From positions 1-21,565 of the forward strand of contig JAPDJF010000012.1 of assembly GCA_029259185.1 (NCBI GenBank): a stretch of DNA of 21,565 nucleotides. Reading direction: 5' to 3'. Both the position numbers and the translations under genes were made by a program. Positions 1-7,271 of this stretch are shown in pieces (the stretch's first letter is position 1; every line of letters begins with the position of its first letter). Below the pieces are notes generated by a model that saw only the letters and a program-made list of their open reading frames with translations, was not told the origin of the DNA and ran no database searches. Origin of the DNA: Hadesarchaea archaeon (GTDB lineage Archaea > Hadarchaeota > Hadarchaeia > Hadarchaeales > WYZ-LMO6).

Positions 1-932
1 ACCTCGAGCGACAAAGAAGAAAAGAATTCTTCCAGTCTTTCCTTGAGGTTTCTGAAGAACTTCGGTATCCTACTGAATCTTCCACTCAAGAGCACCTCTC
101 GGGGTCTAACGGATGGTAAGAGAGATGCGACATCCTTCACCACAGACTCTAGCATCAACTCGTATCCCTCCCCACCTCTCTTCACGAACTCCTCGGGCTC
201 AACCTTAGAGGGTTCGAACCCAGACACGTGAGCAGCACCTCCTTGGAAAAGAACAGTTTTCGAGAGTTCCCCATTGAGATTGGAGAGTGCGTACGCTAGT
301 TCAGAGTCCATGAAACCCATGCCCGAGTATCCAGGGAATCCAGCTGTTCCGGCCATGGCATCAACTATCTTCCCCCCCTCCACAGCGAGGGCGGAGGTAT
401 AACTGAAACCGATCTCTACAGCCACGAGAGAGGTTTGGTCATAGTTTATCTCCAGCCTCTCCGCTTGGTCTTTGATGGCGAGCGCAGCAGTGTACACTTT
501 GTCGGAGGTGCCTAGATCTATTCTGTTGGCTTTTCTGTGCTTAGGAATAGTGGGGAGATGTATCGCACCCGGAGTGAAGTAGATGTTAAGATCTTTTGCT
601 TCTCGCATGAGGTGCATGAGTTTGCGTAGACCGATTATTTTCAGCCTTCGCTCCACATCCCTCTCGGTGACGAAAGTAGCAAACGCGATGTCTGCATCGG
701 TCGCTTCCGAAGCTGGCTTAAGTGGCACACCATACCCAGAGGAAGCAACGATGGCAGCAATTTTCCCATGTTTTTCCTGAACATCTCTCAGTTTCCTTAT
801 CACGAGGCTAGGATCCTCTGTAACTTCTTCGCGCGGAATTGCTTCATCGATGAATATTTCCCCCGTAGTGTCGTCGAACCCGAACATGTCGTAGCTCTTT
901 ATTCCAGAATCAGTTCCAACTGCTTTTACCAT
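1..932 (-). CDS. DUF1464 family (predicted butyrate-kinase-like) protein, truncated by the window edge
   Basis: Not in the ORF track because it runs off the window. Manual translation from ATG at 932: MVKAVGTDSGIKSYDMFGFDD...SSGYGVPL...PGAIHLPTIPKHRKANRIDLGTSDK...VEIGFSYTSALAVEGGKIVDAMAGT; open to position 1. GAGGTGA SD at 945-939. Overlaps the upstream gene by 23 nt. Confidence 0.8.
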   Translation of the reverse strand, partial: MVKAVGTDSGIKSYDMFGFDDTTGEIFIDEAIPREEVTEDPSLVIRKLRDVQEKHGKIAAIVASSGYGVPLKPASEATDADIAFATFVTERDVERRLKIIGLRKLMHLMREAKDLNIYFTPGAIHLPTIPKHRKANRIDLGTSDKVYTAALAIKDQAERLEINYDQTSLVAVEIGFSYTSALAVEGGKIVDAMAGTAGFPGYSGMGFMDSELAYALSNLNGELSKTVLFQGGAAHVSGFEPSKVEPEEFVKRGGEGYELMLESVVKDVASLLPSVRPREVLLSGRFSRIPKFFRNLKERLEEFFSSLSLE

Positions 933-1881
933 TGGATATCACCTCTAGCCCTCTGTTTCTTCCCTTCGTAGAGAATACCTCCCCCCCTCCGTTCTCCCTC
1001 AGGAATTCTCTCAGCTTCTTAGTCAACCTCTTGACTTCCCTCTTCTTGTCCACTATGCCGTAAAAGGTGGGCCCCCATGAGGATTGACACGCACAGGGGG
1101 AGATCTCTTTCATTATCTCTATTCCTTCTTTCACGACTGAGCAGCAATAGTTCCCCCGTTGGTACCCCTTCCATACTGATCCGAGCTCCTCATTAAAAGC
1201 GGTCAGAGCGGCACCGAATTCTTGGAGGTCCTTTTCCACGATGGCTGGGAGCATACGCATCAGCACGAGTCTGGAAAGGCGAGCGGACATGCGTGGAGGC
1301 ATTCCCACCTCACGCAAAATCCTGTTTTCTCTTTCCTTCCGAAGCTTCAGGAGCTTTCTTCTTGGTCCTTCCGGGATCGCGATCACGAAGTTCCATTCCT
1401 TGGGGATGTCGAACCGAAAGATGAGTGGGGGAACCATTCGATCGACTTTCCCTTTCCTGAACCCCCCCTCTACGATGAAACCCCCAACCTTGCACGCATA
1501 TAACCCGATTGCCGTGAGCAGACCTCTTTTGAGGGTCATCGCTATTTCTTCCATGCTGAGCCCGAGCCGATACACCCGCGAGATAGCCTCCCCCACGGAG
1601 AGTGCGAGGGTGGTGTGGTATCCTAGTCCAACGTAAGCGGGGATCTCATTTTGAACCCGAACTCGAACTTTTTTTACTCCAAACTTTCTCGTCAATCGGG
1701 ATGCGAACCTCAGTGCATCGGGATTGTCGGATACTAAGCGGTCACTCTTCTCAACATAAACCTGAAGTTTCGGCTCCTCCAAGGTGAATCCGATCGTGCC
1801 GTAAAGTCTACCCAGATCACCGCTGAGATCGATGTTACCCGCATGTAGGTGGGCGGGAGCGATCACACTCACCCGGTTCAT
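910..1881 (-). CDS. mptG: Beta-ribofuranosylaminobenzene 5'-phosphate (RFA-P) synthase family protein, GHMP kinase fold
   Basis: 323 aa; N-terminal PAHLHAGNIDLSGDLGRLYGTIG, GHMP loop IPAYVGLGYHTTL, GGFIVEGG and QSSWGPTFY are typical of this family. Confidence 0.8.
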   Translation of the reverse strand: MNRVSVIAPAHLHAGNIDLSGDLGRLYGTIGFTLEEPKLQVYVEKSDRLVSDNPDALRFASRLTRKFGVKKVRVRVQNEIPAYVGLGYHTTLALSVGEAISRVYRLGLSMEEIAMTLKRGLLTAIGLYACKVGGFIVEGGFRKGKVDRMVPPLIFRFDIPKEWNFVIAIPEGPRRKLLKLRKERENRILREVGMPPRMSARLSRLVLMRMLPAIVEKDLQEFGAALTAFNEELGSVWKGYQRGNYCCSVVKEGIEIMKEISPCACQSSWGPTFYGIVDKKREVKRLTKKLREFLRENGGGEVFSTKGRNRGLEVISNGKSSWN

Positions 1882-1951
1882 ATTTGCCTCAACAGAGTTT
1901 TCTTCAACTCTTTTAGCTTTTCCCGAGCGAAGTAGCAGTTTCTCCGGTAGA

Positions 1952-1958
1952 GTTAAAG
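1952..1958 (+). promoter_or_regulatory. Putative TATA box of the tRNA gene
   Basis: GTTAAAG lies 24-30 nt upstream of tRNA G1 (1982), preceded by purine-rich CGGTAGA (BRE-like). Confidence 0.5.
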
Positions 1959-1981
1959 CGAGAGAGATTTACTCGTTATGA

Positions 1982-2085
1982 GCCGGGGTGGCCCAGCCAG
2001 GTACGGCGACAGGTCTATGACCCGCCAAGGGTTGCTAACCCGTTGGCGCTAACGCGCCTCCTGGGTTCAAATCCCAGCCCCGGCG
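1982..2085 (+). tRNA. tRNA-Ser(GCT) with an 18-nt intron (2011-2028) at position 28/29
   Basis: Acceptor GCCGGGG/CCCCGGC, discriminator G2085; D arm GCCCAGCCAGGTACGGC; after intron removal the anticodon stem is ACGGG/CCCGT with loop TTGCTAA (GCT at 2034-2036); long variable arm GGCGC-TAAC-GCGCC; T arm CTGGG-TTCAAAT-CCCAG. CCA is not fully encoded (CCT). Confidence 0.95.
2011..2028 (+). other. Archaeal tRNA intron with bulge-helix-bulge splice motif
   Basis: Exon GGCG (2005-2008) pairs with intron CGCC (2023-2026) as the 4-bp central helix; bulges AC|A and AA|G; intron helix GGTC-TAT-GACC. Cutting after the second nt of each bulge restores a perfect anticodon stem. Confidence 0.9.
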
Positions 2086-2097
2086 CCTTGATTCAAT

Positions 2098-3300
2098 CTA
2101 TTCGTGAGCCTCACCAGCTTTGGTGATGGCATACCTCACTCCTACCGGGCCTATCACTTCAAATACGATGGTGGTGGCCATTATCACGGTGAGTCCCAGA
2201 AGGGCTAGGTCAGCCCCTCCCGGAAGGGTTTGAATCTCTGTACCGAAGAGGGCCATCAACCCAACTGCTAGACCTCCTTGAGGAAACATCCCGAACCCCA
2301 AGTACTTCTGAAATACAGGGGGGGCTCCAGAGGCCCTCGCGCTTAGAGAGATCCCGCTCCACTTCCCGATCATCCTGCATATGATATACACTAGAACCAT
2401 TCCCCCAGCCCCGAAGAGTAAATCGGGTCGTAAATGCATCCCTGCCATAGCGAAAAATACGATGTAAATCGGTGGCATGAGCTCTTCGATGAGCACTCGT
2501 GAGGTGTTACCCTTCTGGGGGGAGAAATTGATAGATGCTATCCCTACCGCCATGCACGTCAGGATGAGGGAGAATCCAAAGAGTTCAGATAGTCCAGCGG
2601 CGGTCAAAATCGCCGCAAGCGAGACCACGAGCATAGACTCTCGTTCCACGATTCTTTTCATGGAAAGGGTAAGCATGATCCCGATCAGGCTCCCTAACAC
2701 TAATGCACCGAGAATTTCAAACATGGGAACCAAGATAGCATGGGCGGCAGATACCGTTACCCCCATTATGGATTTTACAGCAGTCATGGAGATGACAACG
2801 ATGGTCGATGCTACGGCGTCGTCCCACCCCACCAACATCAGAAGAGCATTGCTGAGTGGTCCTCTGGCTCGATATTCGTGAAGAACGGCGACGGCAGCGG
2901 CTGGATCCGTCGCAGCTGCTAGCGACCCCAAGATCAAAGCAGTGGCGGCGTTACCGGTGTAGAGGTATGTTCCTATCATAACCGCCACAGTGGCTCCGAT
3001 TGACTCGGCGAAGAGCATTCCGATCACGGGTTTCCCAAGACCTCTTATGAGTGAGACAGTTAGTTGACTGCCTATGACAAATGCTATCAGGGCTAACGTG
3101 AGATTCGTGATCACAATCCAAAGTTCAGAAAAGGCACTTTCGCTCATTCCAAGCAGAGACGTAGCGCCGAGTACGGGGCCCAACAGTATTCCCACTACGA
3201 TGTACCCGACCACCGCTGTGATCTTTAAATGGTGGGTGAGCCTTCCGATAATACCTCCCAAGATCAGGATCAGCCCTACTAGGAGAAGAACGTGAAACAT
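2098..3300 (-). CDS. Cation:proton antiporter (Na+/H+ exchanger, Kef-type membrane domain)
   Basis: 400 aa, highly hydrophobic with many predicted helices; VVGYIVVGILLGP, AAATDPAA, WDDA, FFAMAG, RMIGKW and PQGGLAVGL motifs. Confidence 0.9.
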   Translation of the reverse strand: MFHVLLLVGLILILGGIIGRLTHHLKITAVVGYIVVGILLGPVLGATSLLGMSESAFSELWIVITNLTLALIAFVIGSQLTVSLIRGLGKPVIGMLFAESIGATVAVMIGTYLYTGNAATALILGSLAAATDPAAAVAVLHEYRARGPLSNALLMLVGWDDAVASTIVVISMTAVKSIMGVTVSAAHAILVPMFEILGALVLGSLIGIMLTLSMKRIVERESMLVVSLAAILTAAGLSELFGFSLILTCMAVGIASINFSPQKGNTSRVLIEELMPPIYIVFFAMAGMHLRPDLLFGAGGMVLVYIICRMIGKWSGISLSARASGAPPVFQKYLGFGMFPQGGLAVGLMALFGTEIQTLPGGADLALLGLTVIMATTIVFEVIGPVGVRYAITKAGEAHE

Positions 3301-3571
3301 CTCATCAACCCATTCGAGGCTATCGTGGGCGCGTCACGATTTGAAACGCTGGAGAATCTCTCGCACCGAGACAACAAAAAGGTACCGAAGTCTCCGCAGT
3401 TCCTTGAGGGATCGCATTTCTCATGTTTAGGTAACATGCCTTCCAGACAGCGGTGGGGAGGTCCAGCTCTTTTACCCACGGCACGCGTGCGTGAAGTTTG
3501 AACATCTTTACGAAAATCTCCAAAGATGGATCTCTCGTCAGAGTTCTGTGGACACTCAAACTCTCACTTCC

Positions 3572-4039
3572 TTAAGACTCCCCTAAGATAAAATCCAGTA
3601 TGTTACGGACGGTTAAGACCCCCATAAGCTCATCATCTTTGACAACTGGGAGATGGCGAAACTTGTGGGAGATCATGACGTCGAGAGCCTCACGCAAACT
3701 CGTGTCAGGTGTTATGGTGAGAGGGTGTTTTACCATGATCTCGTCCACTTTTTTTGCTCCTCTTTCTTCCACCTCTCTCACGGTTAGAACTCCTAGAAGG
3801 GCATGGCGGGAAGGGACTTTGAAAGCGTGCAAGATATCGTTCTCGGTGACGATGCCAAGAAGCTTCTTCTTATCCACCACTATCAGGTAATCCTCCTTTT
3901 GCTTTCGAAGACGTTTTGCCATATCTTTGAATAGCGTTCCAGGTGCCACCATAGGGGGTTTGGTGTCCATGATGTCCTTCACTTTGGTTTCGGTCAGAAT
4001 TTTCGGGTCCACCGGGTTCTTTCGACACCGTTTTCCCAT
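3572..4039 (-). CDS. Stand-alone CBS-pair protein
   Basis: 155 aa with two CBS repeats (KVKDIM...YLIVVD...LLGIVTENDIL; KVDEIM...FRHLPVV...MGVLTVRNIL); GAGGT SD just upstream of the ATG; TTTAAG on the minus strand at 4077-4072. Confidence 0.9.
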   Translation of the reverse strand: MGKRCRKNPVDPKILTETKVKDIMDTKPPMVAPGTLFKDMAKRLRKQKEDYLIVVDKKKLLGIVTENDILHAFKVPSRHALLGVLTVREVEERGAKKVDEIMVKHPLTITPDTSLREALDVMISHKFRHLPVVKDDELMGVLTVRNILDFILGES

Positions 4040-4165
4040 ATCGACCTCAAGTTGAAATTGGTCCCCTTTGGCTTAAAGAGTTACTCGAGCGGGATAATCC
4101 CCGATGGTTTTTCTCCTCCAGTCCCACCTCGTCAGCTATTTGAGTATCCTTGAGAAATAATTTGG

Positions 4166-5308
4166 ATGTTGTCACTGAACGGGAGAATAGTCTTCCAGTA
4201 TTTTTATGACTGTGGAGGCGAGATAAATCTGGACAAAATTCCCAGAGAGAAGCTCGGGATGACCGAGTACTCCTTCACGAGGGGAGCGAGGATATTGGCC
4301 CCCAAATACGAGGAGATAGGTCTCCTTCCACTGGAGACAGGGCTTGGAACCGTAGAGGTGGATGGACATCGAATAGAGGTAGGAGCTAGGATTTTTCCGA
4401 TAGGGGTCATAGGAATTTACTTCACTCTTACCCTGGATGGTGCGGATGTTGATCAGACCATCAGGCTGGTGGGGCTCGATGAGAGAAAAGTAAGAGTGAA
4501 TGGGAAAGAAATCGAGTTCGGGGATCTGGCGAGGAGTTATTTTGAAGATCTGAAGAAAAGGATAAAGGGAGCGATCTACTTTCCGTACAAGGAGTTCAGG
4601 AGACCAGAAACATACACCTTAGTCTTGGTTACGAGTTCAGAGCCCAAGCTTTCAACGAGAGATTTTTTCGGAAAATTCAGGAAACAAATCGCGGGGTTGC
4701 TTCGAGGAGAAATCGACTGGAGATCGTTGAGCAGGAAAGAAGTGGAGGATGCTTTGAGAGTTTTCCTCACCTACTCGGATAAAGATATAATTTTCGTGGA
4801 CTGGTATTCGACCCTCATCTATGGTGGAGAAGACTACATGAGTGATTTTGTGAGGATGATTGAACTCGCGAAGATTCAATTACTCGAACTTAAAACTTTT
4901 GACCATCTCTTGGATCTTCGAGTGGATCGTGCGTATGACTTTTTGCGCACAGCCTTCGCGGGGCGGATCGGGGTGGGGTTGCGGAGCCGTTCTTATCGAG
5001 AACTCGTTCGCACAGCGAGCGAGCTGGCGGAACTCAGGGTGGAGGTCATGGATTATGTGGGAGATCTCCGGAATATCCTCAAGTTCACCGGAGAGTGGTA
5101 CCTGGGAAAGATATATCGGGTGGCGAGCGAACGTTTTAGGATAAGCGACTGGCTTGCACTGGTTGATAAAAAACTGGATCAACTTCAAGAGCTTTATGCG
5201 ATGGCGATGGAAAGAGTCGACGCACAGCATGCAAAAACGCTCGAGTTTTTGATGACGTTGCTCATGATCGCCATAGTGGTGCTTGAAGTTATAATGGTGC
5301 TGGAATAG
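4166..5308 (+). CDS. Uncharacterised membrane-anchored protein, DUF155/RMD1-like
   Basis: 380 aa; C-terminal EWYLGKIYRVASERFRISDWLALVDKKLDQLQELY...LEFLMTLLMIAIVVLEVIMV (helical segment plus one terminal TM helix) resembles RMD1/YagE proteins. Family call is from recall. Confidence 0.6.
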   Translation: MLSLNGRIVFQYFYDCGGEINLDKIPREKLGMTEYSFTRGARILAPKYEEIGLLPLETGLGTVEVDGHRIEVGARIFPIGVIGIYFTLTLDGADVDQTIRLVGLDERKVRVNGKEIEFGDLARSYFEDLKKRIKGAIYFPYKEFRRPETYTLVLVTSSEPKLSTRDFFGKFRKQIAGLLRGEIDWRSLSRKEVEDALRVFLTYSDKDIIFVDWYSTLIYGGEDYMSDFVRMIELAKIQLLELKTFDHLLDLRVDRAYDFLRTAFAGRIGVGLRSRSYRELVRTASELAELRVEVMDYVGDLRNILKFTGEWYLGKIYRVASERFRISDWLALVDKKLDQLQELYAMAMERVDAQHAKTLEFLMTLLMIAIVVLEVIMVLE

Positions 5309-5389
5309 CCATTTTTAAGGCCTGTCGATCCTCTAGATACTCAGCTTCTTCCCGTAGCTGTTGAAAACGACTTCCAGCTGAGGTTATTC

Positions 5390-5660
5390 GGGTTCTGAAA
5401 AACGGTAACAAATGAACCGTTTTTCTTGGGACTCATCACGCTCGGGCCTCTCGAGAGTTCATCGGGGCCCTCCTCACGCTTCTCCCCGCCAGAGCGAACC
5501 CACCCACGATGCGCTCGAGCTTTGCGTCGTGGGGTCCCTCCATCTGAAGGTACAGGTTCACGGTAGCGTTGAGTTGCCGTGAGATGCTCAACCCGCATCG
5601 CTTGCAGCGGAACTCAGCTCCTTTCGGGGCGTGTTAATGTTATCAAATTCTGGAACTGTT
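5390..5660 (-). pseudogene. tnpB: Decayed 3' remnant of a tnpB gene (IS200/IS605/IS607 superfamily)
   Basis: Minus frame from 5660 reads NSSRI**H*HAPKGAEFRCKRCGLSISRQLNATVNLYLQMEG: second CxxC of the Zn finger plus a RuvC-III-like xRxxNAxxN motif, with in-frame stops and no start codon. Boundaries approximate. Confidence 0.75.
5397..5425. repeat. Perfect 10-bp inverted repeat (possible terminator or element-end hairpin)
   Basis: GAAAAACGGT-aacaaatga-ACCGTTTTTC, between the convergent DUF155-like gene and purH. Confidence 0.6.
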
Positions 5661-5676
5661 GAGAAAGGCGGGATGC

Positions 5677-7212
5677 TCAGTGTTTGAAGTGCCTCATCCC
5701 GGTAAGTACCATCGCTATACCTGTTCGGTTTGCCTCTTCGATGGATTCTTTATCTCTGATGGACCCGCCGGGTTGTATTATGGCGGTGATTCCAGCTTCC
5801 GCAGCCTTTTTGACCGAGTCCGGAAATGGGAAGAATGCATCGGATGCTAACACAGCGCCTCTTGCACGAGATCCAGCTTTTTTTATGGCTATCTCCGTGG
5901 AGTCGATCCTACTCGTCTGCCCAGCCCCAACCCCCACAGCCTGTTTGTTCTTCGCCACTACGATCGCATTGGATTTAACGTGTTTTACGACCTTCCAGGC
6001 GAATATCAGTTCCTCCATCTCCTGTGGAGTCGGTTTCCTTTCCGTTACAACCCTTACCCCTTCAGGAGGTAGCAGCGTTGAGTCATCCTCTTCAACGAGC
6101 AATCCTCCCGTCACGTGTTTGAACCGAAATCTCGGCCCCTTAGCGAGTGAGGCCAGTTCCAACACTCGCATGTTTTTCTTCTGTTTCATGATCTCTAGGG
6201 CTCCAGGGTCATAGGCAGGAGCCACGACGGCTTCGATGAAGGTCGAAACTATCTCTCTCGCGGTTGCTTCGTTCACCTTCCGGTTGAGTCCCACTATCCC
6301 ACCGAATGCCGATATGGGATCACACTCTCTGGCTTTCACATAAGCTCTCTCGATTTCCGGGTCGCATGCTACTCCGCATGGGTTTGTGTGTTTAATAACC
6401 ACCGCGGTTGTCTCCTCGAACTCCCGGAGGACATCGAGTGCGGCATCGAGATCTAAGAGGTTGTTAAATGATATCTCTTTCCCTTGGTACAACTTGGCAC
6501 TCGCTATTCCCCATGCTCTTGGCTCCACGTAAAGCGCAGCCCGTTGGTGGGGGTTTTGCCCATACCTCAAGTCGGTGGCTTTTCGGTAGCTCAATCCGAA
6601 GAACTTGGGGGGAGCGCCCTCTCCGACGATGTTTTCGAAATAAGTGTGAATGGCAGAGTCATAGGCCGCTGTGTAGGCAAAAGCCTCGACAGCGAGTTCG
6701 AGCCTCGTCCTCTCGCTTACATCCCCTTTCTCCCCCAGTTCCTTCAAAATCTCGCCGTACCGGGCAGGATTGACGATCACGATCACGTCCTTATAGTTTT
6801 TCGCGGCTGCACGAATGAGGGTTGGTCCACCGATGTCTATGTTCTCTACTGCTTCTTCAACGGTTACCCCTTCTCTCGATACGGTTTCCACGAATGGATA
6901 CAGATTCACGATCACGATGTCTATAGGTCGTATCCTCTTTTCCTCAAGGGTTTTCATGTGGGCATGCACATCTCTTTTTGCCAAGATTCCTGCGTGGATT
7001 GTGGGATGAATGGTCTTTATCCTTCCGTTCAATATCTCCGGAAAACCCGTTACTTCGTGGACTTCTGTTACTTGGATCCCTCTACTTCTCAGAAACTCAG
7101 CTGTTCCCCCGCTTGAGATGATATTCACTCCGAGTTCTGAGAGGCCCCTCGCCAGCTCTTCCAAGTTTTCCTTGTTCCATACGCTTATTAGGGCATTTTT
7201 AACTTTTCCCAT
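5677..7212 (-). CDS. purH: Bifunctional AICAR transformylase / IMP cyclohydrolase (bacterial-type)
   Basis: ALISV, SSGGTA, GRIKTIHP, IDIGGPTLIRAAAKN, LRYGQNPHQ, IKHTNPCG, VKSNAI, GAGQTSR, ASDAFFPFPD, IIQPGGS and terminal RHFKH. Start placed at ATG 7212 (MGKVKNALIS) rather than GTG 7233. Confidence 0.97.
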   Translation of the reverse strand: MGKVKNALISVWNKENLEELARGLSELGVNIISSGGTAEFLRSRGIQVTEVHEVTGFPEILNGRIKTIHPTIHAGILAKRDVHAHMKTLEEKRIRPIDIVIVNLYPFVETVSREGVTVEEAVENIDIGGPTLIRAAAKNYKDVIVIVNPARYGEILKELGEKGDVSERTRLELAVEAFAYTAAYDSAIHTYFENIVGEGAPPKFFGLSYRKATDLRYGQNPHQRAALYVEPRAWGIASAKLYQGKEISFNNLLDLDAALDVLREFEETTAVVIKHTNPCGVACDPEIERAYVKARECDPISAFGGIVGLNRKVNEATAREIVSTFIEAVVAPAYDPGALEIMKQKKNMRVLELASLAKGPRFRFKHVTGGLLVEEDDSTLLPPEGVRVVTERKPTPQEMEELIFAWKVVKHVKSNAIVVAKNKQAVGVGAGQTSRIDSTEIAIKKAGSRARGAVLASDAFFPFPDSVKKAAEAGITAIIQPGGSIRDKESIEEANRTGIAMVLTGMRHFKH

Positions 7213-7231
7213 ACTTATGCAGTAATCCACC

Positions 7232-7242
7232 AAAATTAAAAA
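7232..7242. promoter_or_regulatory. AT-rich core of the divergent purH/purB promoter
   Basis: AAAATTAAAAA: TTAAAAA on + lies 30-36 nt before purB ATG 7272; TTTAAT on - lies 23-28 nt before purH ATG 7212. Confidence 0.55.
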
Positions 7243-7271
7243 CTTGTACCGTGATGGATGTTGTGGGATTT

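Noticed and set aside
2011-2022. GGTCTATGACC hairpin containing CTA as an amber-suppressor or Pyl anticodon arm
   Set aside because: It has a 3-nt loop and is the intron helix; the true 7-nt anticodon loop is TTGCTAA (Ser GCT).
5341-5640. RNase P or SRP RNA in the GC-rich spacer; 85-aa ORF 5341-5598 as a real gene
   Set aside because: No RNase P GAGGAAAGUCC-type or SRP helix-8 motif seen; the region is better explained as a frameshifted tnpB tail.
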